A stretch of DNA of 64,000 nt from contig NC_068982.1 in assembly GCF_001194135.2 (NCBI RefSeq), forward strand, positions 169,015,887-169,079,886. The letters run 5' to 3'. This DNA comes from Octopus bimaculoides. Taxonomy: Eukaryota. The number at the start of each line of letters is the position of its first letter. Position 1 is the first letter of the stretch. Of the stretch, positions 43,985-54,570 are shown in pieces. The notes under the pieces are model-generated. The model made no database searches. It was given only the letters and a program-made list of their open reading frames with translations, and was not told where the DNA came from. A program made the position numbers and the translations under genes.

Positions 43985-44394
43985 ACACATATGCACCCCG
44001 ACTTTGTTTCCTTATAACTTGCAGAAAAATCGATATTTTTTAATGAAATTTCCTACAAATATGCTTTAGATAGTGTTGATTCCGATTATATCCTGATTTC
44101 TTGTGGAAAATAGTTTCCAATGTGATGGAGGAGAAGAGTTTTGGAAAATTCACGTGAGTCGGTTTTGCATCCTCATAACTTTCAGAAAAATGGGTAATTT
44201 TTTTTTTTTATCAAATACATTATAAATACGTTTCAGATGGTGTAGATTACGAATATATTGAAATTTAATGTGGAGAAAAAAATCTACGGCATATGAAAGA
44301 TGCTTGTCGAAAATTTCATTAAAAGATATCCATTTTTCTTGAAGTTATGAAGAAACAAATTGTGCACGTGAGCGGAGAGGCACATTTGTGTAGG
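43985..44394. mobile_element. Second, shorter copy of the foldback MITE at 41391
   Basis: cccgactttgtttccttataactt left end; aagttatgaagaaacaaa...ggcacatttgtgtagg right end. Confidence 0.8.
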
Positions 44395-44499
44395 AATGCA
44401 TGATAGACAGTATAAAGCAAAGACGCGCACTACAAAGACCCCAGTGAGAGAGAGATGTATGCCCACAGCGCTAAAGATGTGCAGAAACTGGTAGATAAC

Positions 44500-45180
44500 T
44501 TTGTCAGAGCTGCAGAACAATCCAGATTAAAAACTAACATCAGAAAACCGAATGTCTTCACCAAACTGTGGGGAACCTACCTGCCTTTGTAACAGAAGAA
44601 AACATCACTATTAGACATGGGAGGCTGGCCCAGTGCAAAGCATTCAGATACCTAGGCAGTACCATCTTAAATAACGCACGACTCGACTAGGAAATCACAT
44701 ACAAAATGAGCAGAGCAAGTGCTTCGTTTGGCAGGCTGTGGAAAAATAGGCATGTAAGGTATGGTGTTTTCTTCGCTACTCTATGGTGCTGAAACTTGGA
44801 CTGTCTATAAAGCTCAAGTAGACAAGTTAATATATATGGTGAGACATCTGCGACAAATTATGAATATCACTCTCTTTGATAAGATCATGAATGAAGAGAT
44901 CCTACGGTGTGTTGGTCTGCCTGCTATTGAATGAAATTCACGTTGGCTGGGTCACGTACACAGGATGGACAATAGCAAACTCTCCAGGCAACTCCTTTAC
45001 ACCTAACTATGCAAAAGGAAAAGAAATCGTGGAAGACCTAGCCTGAAATTCAAAGATACTGCCAAAAGGAATATGAAGTGGGAAGGAATTCATCATAATA
45101 AATGGCAAACTCAAGCGAAAAACCGACCAGTATAGAGAAAGCTGATCAAGCCAAAGCCATAAACAGCCATAGTCACGTCG
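44500..45180 (+). mobile_element. 3' fragment of a BovB-like RTE LINE
   Basis: AFRYLGSTI, RASASFGRL, LYGAETWTV, WLGHVHRMD, GRPSLKFKD motifs in shifted frames. Confidence 0.85.
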
Positions 45181-45269
45181 ACTGACTGCAGATTATACAC
45201 ACACACACATGTAAATATGTATGTGTGTGTGTTGTTTATAGCCAGGTTTTAGAATAAGTACACCACTAT

Positions 45270-46400
45270 TGTAGCGGGGATTCGAACACAATCCGCTAGA
45301 TACTCGGTCAGACAGTACGCAATTTTTCCCAACAAGAAAGATCTAGCAACAATACACTTCCCGCAACACAAGTGACAAGTAAATCCCCTCGCGATTCCAA
45401 GTAATTGGCGCTTAAATATGACAACTTCAATGGCTATTTCCTCTTCAAATACTTCTAATACAGATACTTATCCTCCTACCTTCGACACTTCTATTTCCTC
45501 TAAACCGGCATTATTTCGTAAGCGACTGAATACAAAATTTAGGCTCTGACAGACAGACTCGCGCAATGGCAATTCGCTCGATTTCGCGCGCTCGAATTCT
45601 TGTGACCGAAGGATTTCAAGAAATCGTTTATTCAGTCCTCGTGGGAGACACGACATTTTGTTCGTGTTGCAACCGTTTTAATACTAATGCACACAAATGC
45701 ACTGAATTATGTTCTTTCAAATTACCTGCTCAAATGCGGGAAAACAGCAGTTTATTTCTCAGTAAAGCACTTACGCCATTTCTTGGAAGGAAGAACCTTC
45801 ACCGTGTATGCTGATCTTCACTCATTAACCTACGCTTTATAATCCAAGAAGGATAAATACTTCCCAAGAGACAGCAAACACTTTGATTATATTTCACTGT
45901 TTACTGTGGATATACGTAATGTCAAAGGATCTGAAACTTTCTGCAGCAAAAGCATATCTTACGAAATCATCAATATTTACATATACATTCTTTCGGCATT
46001 TATTCTGTATTTAATGCGTTTTTCTTTTTCTTTGTTTTTGCGTTTGTGTTGGCATATTATATTTCCATGTGAATTCTGTTTTATTATTTCGTTCTTCTGT
46101 CTTTTACGTTAAGAACTGGGAGGGGATTACTTGTTGCAGGGATTCGAATCTAACTGTTTGACACTCAGTCAGACACCACGAGTGAGCTACGACAGTTTCA
46201 CGTGATCGGTCTATAAATCGACTAATCAGCGTGACATGGTTTTCTCGAATGTGGCGTGACATGGTTTTCTCGAATGTTGTAAAATTTGACTTCTTGTCTC
46301 TTATAAAAACCGTTTTTGGCGCCCAACTCATCACAGAGTGTTGAAGGCAGTGACTGATTATTGTACTTCTAGACATTTGCGCAGTTTCTCGGCGAGATCC
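45270..46400 (+). mobile_element. Degenerate Ty3/Gypsy LTR retrotransposon remnant
   Basis: RNase H-like RHFLEGRTFTVYAD..LTYAL*..DYISLFTVDIRNVKGSE at ~45771-45935; TG-starting direct repeats at 45270 and 46132; polypurine run at 46111-46126 before the second repeat. Confidence 0.65.
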
Positions 46401-46406
46401 ATTCTA

Positions 46407-47050
46407 TTGGGTTGGCAACTAAGTTCCCGCTGTTTTTTTTTAATTTAAATTTCTTTAAAGGTTTAATAAAAAAAATAACTAATTAAACAATAATGTGTTC
46501 ACCCTTGTTGTTTACAACTTCTTCCAAACGTTCAACAAGATTTTCAATGCCTCTTTGGTAGAAATCACCCGATTTTGACTCGAAAAATTGATCCAACCAA
46601 GCTCTCAATTCTGAATCGGTATTGAACGAAACTCTGCGCATAGCATTTGAAAGAGATCGAAAGAGGTGGAAATCCGTTGATGCCAAATCAGGAGAGTACG
46701 GCGGGTGTAGCAGCACTTCCCAGCCATGCGTTTGCATGGCTTCCATTGTCATGTTGGTGATATGAGAGCGGGCGTTGTCGTGCAGCAGAAGAACTCCATG
46801 CTGCCGATTAGGTATTTTCTCTTGAATAGCCGTGTTGACTCGTTCCATCTGTTGAACATAGAGTTCCGAGTTGACCGTTTGGTTCCGTTCAAGCAATTCG
46901 TAATAGATAATCCCTTCCCAGTCCCACCATACGCACAACATCGTTTTACGCGGGTGAAGATCTTGTTTCACGCGCGGTGTCGCTGGTTTACCGGGACTAA
47001 GCCATTCCTTACGCTGCTTGATATTGATGAACAAACACCAAAAACTTACC
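46407..47050 (-). mobile_element. 5'-truncated mariner element (C-terminal transposase half, one TIR)
   Basis: TA|ttgggttggcaactaagtt TIR; ORF 46483-47052 with LHPRK, VWWD, LHDNARSH, HPPYSPDLASTD (D34D spacing counted); N-terminus and first catalytic D missing. Confidence 0.9.
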
Positions 47051-48348
47051 AAAACTATTTATATTTGACAATCTCTTTTGTGTTTCCTGTGACAGACAAT
47101 TGCTTTCTTGTGTTACTGAACAATTCCAATACTCTGCCATTGAACATTTTATCAAATGTTCAATGTACATGCCGATTTATATTTCTTGCAATTATTTTTC
47201 TTTTTGACTTGTCACATTTTTGTACCATATCTTGTTATTTGCGATCGGTTACCATCTTTACTCTTTTCTTGTGCTTGCTCCAATTATTCTCTATTTTCGC
47301 ACTGGCGTTCTCAAGGGGAAGCCCCTGCTGCGAGATACAAAGAAGCCAGCGCCATTTTGAAACAGTGAGATCTCGCCTGCAACCATTGCCAGACGCGAGA
47401 CAAAAACGAGATCTCGCCTACAACATTATTTAAGGAAAAGACAACAACATTTTCCCTCTCATTCTTCTCACGCTGATGCCGAGCAGGACTTCAAAGCCAG
47501 GAGCTCACAGCGGACTTTTGTCCCGCTGTGATATCACATGCATTATATCCAGAGGTTATTGAACCTCAAGTGTATTGGAGAGAAGGTTAACTACGCACTG
47601 CTGTGAAGATGGTTACTGAAAGCAAACCCCTTGTACGAAGCATCTGTGAATAAACGGTTATCGAATTTACTCCACCTGAGAACTTCTTTCTTCGTATTTC
47701 CAGTTCCTTGAATCAACAGAATAATTATAATGGAAGAAAAAGATACCCCAAAAGTATCATAAAAACATTCCTTCCATTATAAGTTCAAAGGGGGACAGAT
47801 GAACGCAGAAAAAGGATCTCATTTCTAGGCAGCATGCATTCACACTTCTAGCCAAATATACGTTTCTAGACGCACTCCTGGCAATTAGCTTAATACTCTC
47901 AGTAATTCATCTCCGTATGTATTGAAGTAAATGAATTCATTGAAAACTTCAAATGGTGACTTGGTTTTAATATGGAGAGTGACACACATGCTAACCAAAA
48001 CACCAATCAACCGTTTCCACAGCTTCCACAAAACCAACGTGATTTCTTAATGTCGGACTCCGCCCTCCGAGTCGTCTGCAATTGTTGACATCTAAGAATA
48101 ATAATATGCGCATGTTAATTTGATACGAAGATGACAAACTGATTGCCACTGTGCTCCTGTGTATTCTAGTTAAAGGATATTAGTCTCCCTGGCATCTGCA
48201 ACTAAGACCTTAGTTCACGCATGCAGTTGAGAAAGGAAATGATAAAGATATTACACTAATGTAAAGGAAGAACGTTTTGCGCCTTCGTATCAGGATTTAT
48301 CTGTTCATAACCGTTATAGAAGTAGCGTTATTTTTACTGAAGAGCTTT

Positions 48349-48395
<47 letters not shown>

Positions 48396-48539
48396 GACTT
48401 ATTCATCATGTTGTTTGTTGGATAGATCATTGTTGAAGTATTGAGTGAATCATTTTGCAGAACCTACTCCGATGGGTGAGTCACTTTATGAGAATGGAAG
48501 ACTGCAGAACTCCGAAGCGTAGTGACCTAAGGAGTGGAA

Positions 48540-48830
48540 GGCGTCCACCAAGCTAAGGTTTTAAAATTGGATGAAATCATTGCAGAAAGCTAGTATCTCG
48601 GAAAATGACTTCAACTGAACTGGCAAGATGGAGGAAAGCGATACATGTCAGGAGTAAGAACGTTGAAATAGCTCAAAGAAATAACGAAAAGTTGAAGAGA
48701 GATGTTAGAAAGAGTGCGGACGTAATATTTCCAGGAAATGTGGGTAACCAGAATGAGCAGACATGCGATGACTGTGAAAAAGTCTGCCTCAGAGTCACAA
48801 AAGAAACCATGTACAAAAAATTCACTTGGA
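48540..48830 (+). mobile_element. LINE ORF C-terminal fragment with a Cys motif
   Basis: ARWRKAIH...KLKR...TCDDCEKVCL resembles RTE-type C-termini. Confidence 0.5.
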
Positions 48831-49499
48831 TTGCGCTATACACAGCACAACAACAGGCTATGAATGCGGGAAGGTTTGTCTATCACTGGGAGGCTTGAAA
48901 CGACACATGAAAGTGCATGACGACCAACAAGTGGTTCCTGTTGTTGTTGGCAGTCATGTATGTAATATTTGTGCCAAAGAGTGTCACTTGCAGGCCTGAA
49001 AAGTCACACCCGTGTTGCTGACACATGAGACCGATTCTAAACTGCTTCAATCGATGGCCATACTCGACAACGAGTAAGCGACCATCATGTACGTATGTAT
49101 GTATGTATGCGTGTATGTCTACCTGACAACCTGAGAGTAGAGGGGACTTTATATCCGTGAGAGACAATATCTCTAGTGCTGGTAGCACGACAAAACGTTC
49201 TCAGCTCAGACTGTGAAATGATTGGTGGCAAAAGGACGACCTACATATGAAAACAAATGTCAACATGAAGAAGGGAAAAAAGCACCGAAATATAGATTCC
49301 AAAAGTCACAGCACAGGTAATATGTGAAAAAGAGCAGTCATTTAGAATGAGAAAAATCCGATATAAAATGAATAGGATTCTTTAATCATGTCGCAGATTA
49401 CTTTTCTAGTGTCGGTGACACGATAAAATGTACTGAATCCATGTTGTAAAGTTGTACGTGACAGGAAGTGCACCCAACCGTGAAGAAAAAGAACTTGCA

Positions 49500-49640
49500 G
49501 AAAGCATACACCCAACTCCACGTACAGTTGTCAATGAAACGGAGAATGTCTTGCTAAAAATATCGTATGCAAGTGTCAAGTAATTACGAGTGCAGCTACT
49601 AGGCCTAACAATTTCAAAAGGCGCTTTTATACACTTGTCC
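49500..49640 (+). mobile_element. Penelope-like GIY-YIG endonuclease fragment
   Basis: CQ*NGECLAKNIVCKCQVIT...NNFKRRFYT in one frame. Confidence 0.6.
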
Positions 49641-49757
49641 ACTCATTCAGAAACCCTAAATTGGCCCATTCAACTTCACTGACCGAATACATCTGACGTG
49701 GCTGTGTGGTAAGAAGCTTGCTTCCCAACCACATAGTTCCGGGTTCANNNNNNNNNN

Positions 49758-49792
<35 letters not shown>

Positions 49793-49794
49793 CA

Positions 49795-51575
49795 CGCCAG
49801 GAAAACAGTGTTGTTCAATAAGGGTTTGGCCTAGGTCAAGCAATCCGACCCCGTGGGCTCCTTTGATGTAGCGATGGGGCCCTATGACAGCGCTGATGTA
49901 TATCCTTGATACTCTTAAGAAAAAGTTCCCCTCTGTCGTCTTTGGTCTCTACAGAGACAACGCCTTGGCCATCGCTTGAGGAGCAAACGGTCACACACTA
50001 GACAGGCTTAGGAAAGATCTAATTAGCACACTTACCTCCATGGGATTAAAAATCACCATCGAGACCAACCTCACCACCGCAGATTTCTAAGATCGCTCGA
50101 CTTGGGCTCCGGTACACACAGGTCCTACCGCAAGCTAAATGAGAGGCCACAGTACAACAATGCAGCCTCCTGTTACCCACCCATCGTGTTTAAAAACCCG
50201 GTGAAGAGTGTTAGTAAGAGGATCACGAACCTTTACTCCAGCCAAGAGATTTTTGATGCAGCAGCCCCTATTATAACGAGACCTTAGGTGCTAGCAGATT
50301 TAGGGACCGCATCTCCTACATGCCAGGCCCCAACATCCGTAGAAGTAAGTACCACAGAAATATCATTTGGTTCCCCCCACCACCACCACTTCTAACATAA
50401 CGTCTGTAGGTAGGATATTCCTTAAGTTAATAAACATTTCACTAGTTCACATAGCTACGGACTCATTTTCAACAGGCACAACCTCCAGGTCTCTTTTAGC
50501 TATGCCCCCAATATTAAGAGCATTCTAGTTAGCACCTCTACACCACGAGCGGAGGCAGGATGTTGATGCAGGGACCGCAACAGATGCCCAGTGAAGGGCC
50601 ACTGCGAAACCAAGGGAGTTGTCTGTAAAGCTGAGGTATTGGCCGACCCTAACAGCAACAGCAATATCAGCAGCTCCTCTAACGGCGACCACACTAGCAG
50701 GGACGTCAGTACCAATACTAGCAACAGCAGAAACGCAAACAGAACCAACAGCACCATCGCCAGCGACAACATTAATGACAGCAATGGCAGTACCCCTAAC
50801 GACAACAGCAGCTTACCTAACGGCTACGTCTACAGCAGCAGGCCCGACAGTTCCAATAGCAGCAGAGGCAGTACCATCGCCAGCAATAACAGCAATAACA
50901 GCGACGTCAGTATCCCTAACGGAAATAACAGCAGAAACATCAATGATATCTACAACTGCAATGATAGCGCCTCCATCAATGGTGATAGCCATAACAACGG
51001 CACCTTTGCCAACATCGGCAGTGGCGGGACCAACACCATCGCCACCTCCAGTGATTCCAGCACCAGCAGCGTCAGCACCAGCAACGCCAGCAGCAACAGC
51101 GCCAGTCCCAGCAACAGCGGCGACAGTGACGCCAACACCAACAGATGCACCACCGCCAACAAGCGACTACGGAGATGCATCGGCTGTTCCGGGAACTCGT
51201 TCAAACGACGCCTCTCCAACCACAGATCCTCCGTCAGGATACCGGAAAGGAGATTCGTCACGTCATTAGCCAGCCATGTATGGCAGCTAATAGACGAAAG
51301 GATTCCATATACATCATGGAGAATCCAGGTCCCTACATTAACGGAATCAACCACTTTGAATTATGCATAGCGGAACGGGTGAGGATTCTAAAGGACTCCC
51401 TCGACCCAGGAAACATCCTGAATTTCAGAACGGAGGTCTTCGGACCGCGTTTACATTTTAGGAAATTCCTGCTAGCCTATTGAAACCCACGGGTGATCAA
51501 TAGACAAAGAGACACAACCCCCATTGTTGACATCGGCAATCGATAACCAAAAAGAGACAATCCCCTTTGTTGATT
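49795..51575 (+). mobile_element. Decayed Penelope-like element (RT C-half, linker, GIY-YIG)
   Basis: RKTVLFN, FDVAMGPYD, LYRDNAL (YRDD-like), RNIIWF.PP, CPVKGHCETKGVVCKAEV, CIG..NSFKRRLSNH, ELCIAE, ILNFRTE motifs; several stops and frameshifts. Confidence 0.85.
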
Positions 51576-51579
51576 CCGA

Positions 51580-51690
51580 TAAAATAAGTTCAGGCTTACA
51601 AAGAATAAGTCCTGGGGTCGATTTCTTCGACTAAAGGCGGTGCTCCAGCATGGCCGCAGTCAAATGACTGAAACAAATAAAAGAATATAT
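51580..51690 (+). mobile_element. 3' half of a CORE-like SINE (matching head at 49697-49747)
   Basis: gcttacaaagaataagtcctgggg...gctccagcatggccgcagtc matches 27620-27700. Confidence 0.85.
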
Positions 51691-53446
51691 ATATATATAT
51701 ATATATATATANNNNNNNNNNNNNNNNNNNNNNNNNNNNNNNNNNNNNNNNNNNNNNNNNNNNNNNNNNNNNNNNNNNNNNNNNNNNNNNNNNNNNNNNN
51801 NNNNNNNNNNNNNNNNNNNNNNNNNNNNNNNNNNNNNNNNNNNNNNNNNNNNNNNNNNNNNNNNNNNNNNNNNNNNNNNNNNNNNNNNNNNNNNNNNNNN
51901 NNNNNNNNNNNNNNNNNNNTTTACAGTCTCTGAAGAGCGTGTTTATTCGATAATCGTTCGTTTATCCGGCGGGAAACCAATTGATAAGATCAGATCTATA
52001 ATACTCTATACTTTGATTTATATACTGCTCGGATCTTGTTCCTCGATTGCTAGACACAACGGAAGTCGTGAATGTTTGTCCCCACGAGAACAGCACACAA
52101 GAAAATCTTATGTGGTTTCTCAACCTTCTAGAAGTAGCAACCAAATCTTTCTCAAGTTCTATGGATGTGAACTTCCATCGAACTCACGATCCTTTAAACA
52201 GTTACTAGGCTCCACAAATCCATATTAAATCCATCTTCTCTTTTCTTATGGCTAAATTGTTTTACAAGGTTTTGTAGTGAAGAAAAAATACGATCATCAT
52301 CATCGTCATCAGTGTTGTCATCAACACAACATTTCATAAAAGACAAAAGGCAGCATGCACACGCCCTCAATTATATAACAACTGGAAATACTAGAATTTT
52401 GCCTTTAACAAATTTTGAGGCGACCAAAAACACTTATAAAATATCGGCCGTTTACTTTTGTCTATAAACCCTGTAGCATTTTTTCTATTTTTATTTATTT
52501 AATCTTTTTTTTTTGTAATGGTAACATATTTTTCTCATTGCGTGACAAGGTGTGAGATTTCCAAGTTCAGCAATCGCTGAACTTGCGACAAATGAACATT
52601 CAGATCTCCCTCAAATCTTATACTATTGATAAAAGAAGCTTACATTACATAATGTTGTCCTACAAAGGCTTAAATGCATGGGATAATCACGATGTGAATG
52701 TGTTTGATCATACGTCAGCACGATCAGGGTTGAACTAGAACAAACAGTCCCAATTACGAATAACTACCTATTTATAAGAAATATATACTTCGTTTTCTCA
52801 TAAATGGCAGAGACAAGTGGTTGGAAGCAATTTTTGTTTCCATTTATTCTATTTGGAAAACAATAGAAACTCAAATAATTTGTGTCGCTCTTCCAGGTTA
52901 ACAACACAAGGGAAATGATTTTATTCTAAAACCGGGTCAACGATAAAAATAATTTTTCTTCAAGATACGAAAATTTTCAATGATTAAAAAATATTTTTTT
53001 ACATATACAATTAATGAGTTATATCTCATTTCAATCAATCTAATCTCGCATTTTTATTCCCATAATTTGCCGTTGTAGAGTTAATCGACTACAATCCATC
53101 ATTTCTAAAATTCTGACCTTGTGTATGTCGGAGAAAAGATTATTTCAGAAGTTAGGTAAACGAATTCTAGGGAAAAAAAAATTAAGGAAGCTTTTGTTTC
53201 ATTGTTTTCCTTAAGATAATGAATAAAACATATTTTTCTCACATTTAAATTTTGTTGAAATTGTGCTTAAATTAAATCGATTTGTTAGTTATAAGCTTCT
53301 TGAAATATATATTTTTATTTATCTCATCTATGGTTATTAAATGAAATATAACATTTCTTTTCTACGATTCTTTTTTTCTTAACTCACACATGACATTTCT
53401 TTACTGTGGAATTATTTCCGTTCACCATGAACACGCTCCTAATATT

Positions 53447-53454
53447 ACTTCCGG
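53447..53454. promoter_or_regulatory. ETS/GABP-type motif ACTTCCGG about 93 nt upstream of the NOP16 ATG
   Basis: Exact match to the CCGGAAGT consensus; motif match only. Confidence 0.45.
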
Positions 53455-53546
53455 TTTGAAAACTTGTTTGTTTTTTGCTCGCTCGTCACTGGATTCATAT
53501 TAAACATTAATTGTTCTAACATTTAAGTCACAATAGAGCAGTAAAC

Positions 53547-53653
53547 ATGCCTAAAGGTGTTGGCCGAAAAGTCCGTTCGAAGCATAATTATAAATATAAT
53601 GTTAACCGAAGAAAGGAAAATAAGAAAAGGAAGAAAATGCCCAATATTGATTG
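53547..53653 (+). CDS. NOP16: NOP16 (nucleolar protein 16) exon 1
   Basis: aaacATG; MPKGVGRKVRSKHNYKYNVNRRKENKKRKKMPNID(C), resembling the NOP16 N-terminus; TG|gtaagt donor. Confidence 0.9.
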
Positions 53654-54088
53654 GTAAGTGTCTCGTTTTCTTTGATACACCACGTGGAGAATATTCTCTC
53701 TTCATAAAACGTCGACAAATGACTCCCGATGTTGGCGAATTTCTTAATTTATTATTGTTTAGCACGCAGTCAGCCTTCGTTAAAAGCATTGTAGCTATAA
53801 CATTCCTGTCTTTTAAGGATATATTGGTCTGTATTATAAAGAGTGATGTTTGCGAGAAATTTAATTGCTATTTCTACCTTAAGTTGTCTTACATACTGTA
53901 AACAGTGATTGATATGGGTATTTGGAACAAGGGTTACACCAAGGCTCGAGTGACGGCGGTTGTAGGAACTGTGGGTACACTAAGGTTCGAGTGGTTGAGC
54001 TCGGGAACGTAGTGATTGACACTATAAGCGACCCAGGGGAACGTCTTCTTGTTAACTCCCATTTCCTTTACTGATTGTAAAAAAAATA

Positions 54089-54370
54089 GGTACTATTAAA
54101 GCAGCGCGGACCCGAACGCGCAGTCGCGCGTCCGCGCTAGCTAGTCGTGAGTGGTCGATCCTAACCCTAAATACGTATTCATTTGCACACGCGGGTTAGG
54201 GTTAGGATCGACCACTCAAGACTAGCTAGCGCGACTGCGCGTTCGGGTCCGCGCTGCTTTAGTAGTACACCCTATCCCTATCCCTAACCCGCGTGTGCAA
54301 ATGAATACGTGTTTAGGGTTAGGGTTAGGGTTAGGATCGACGTTCGGGTCCGCGCTGCTTTAGTAGTACC
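54089..54370. mobile_element. CpG-rich foldback element with TTAGGG repeats, GGTAC ends and an imperfect 8-bp TSD (Merlin-like, tentative)
   Basis: Ends ggtacta.taaagcagcgcggacccgaac and its reverse complement; flanks aaaaaata / aaaaagta. Confidence 0.7.
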
Positions 54371-54479
54371 AAAAAGTATTTGGAGTTGTAACCGTATGCA
54401 TGTTTGTCCCAGAAATTAGGCTCCTTGTTTTACGTTGTGAATAGTAATTAGAAGTTGCTGGATCGTTAAACACATGAAG

Positions 54480-54570
54480 GGCGAAAGTAAAGAATACGTA
54501 CACCCGGTGTTAATGGTTAGGGTTTTTGTTACGCCGAAAACGAGTGGTATACGTATTCTTTACCTCCGCC
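54480..54570. mobile_element. 91-bp mini-MITE with ~21-bp TIRs and an imperfect 9-bp TSD
   Basis: ggcgaaagtaaagaatacgta / tacgtattctttacctccgcc; flanks cacatgaag / cacaagaag. Confidence 0.65.

Noticed and set aside
47505-47531. Short GC hairpin (tcacagcgg...ccgctgtga)
   Set aside because: A 9-11 bp stem in probable transposon debris, with no Helitron CTRR end or other supporting context.
50500-51354. Antisense Leu/Val-rich ORFs as membrane proteins
   Set aside because: Mirror translations of the AAC/AGC-rich Penelope insert.
51928-51980. Hammerhead ribozyme near the Penelope 3' end (CTGAAGA...GAAA)
   Set aside because: Stem II and III pairing does not form. Similar partial cores at 41160-41195 and 48270-48295 (minus strand) also fail.
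54313-54335. TTAGGG repeats as a true or relic telomere
   Set aside because: Only 3-4 units, embedded in an inverted-repeat element inside an intron.
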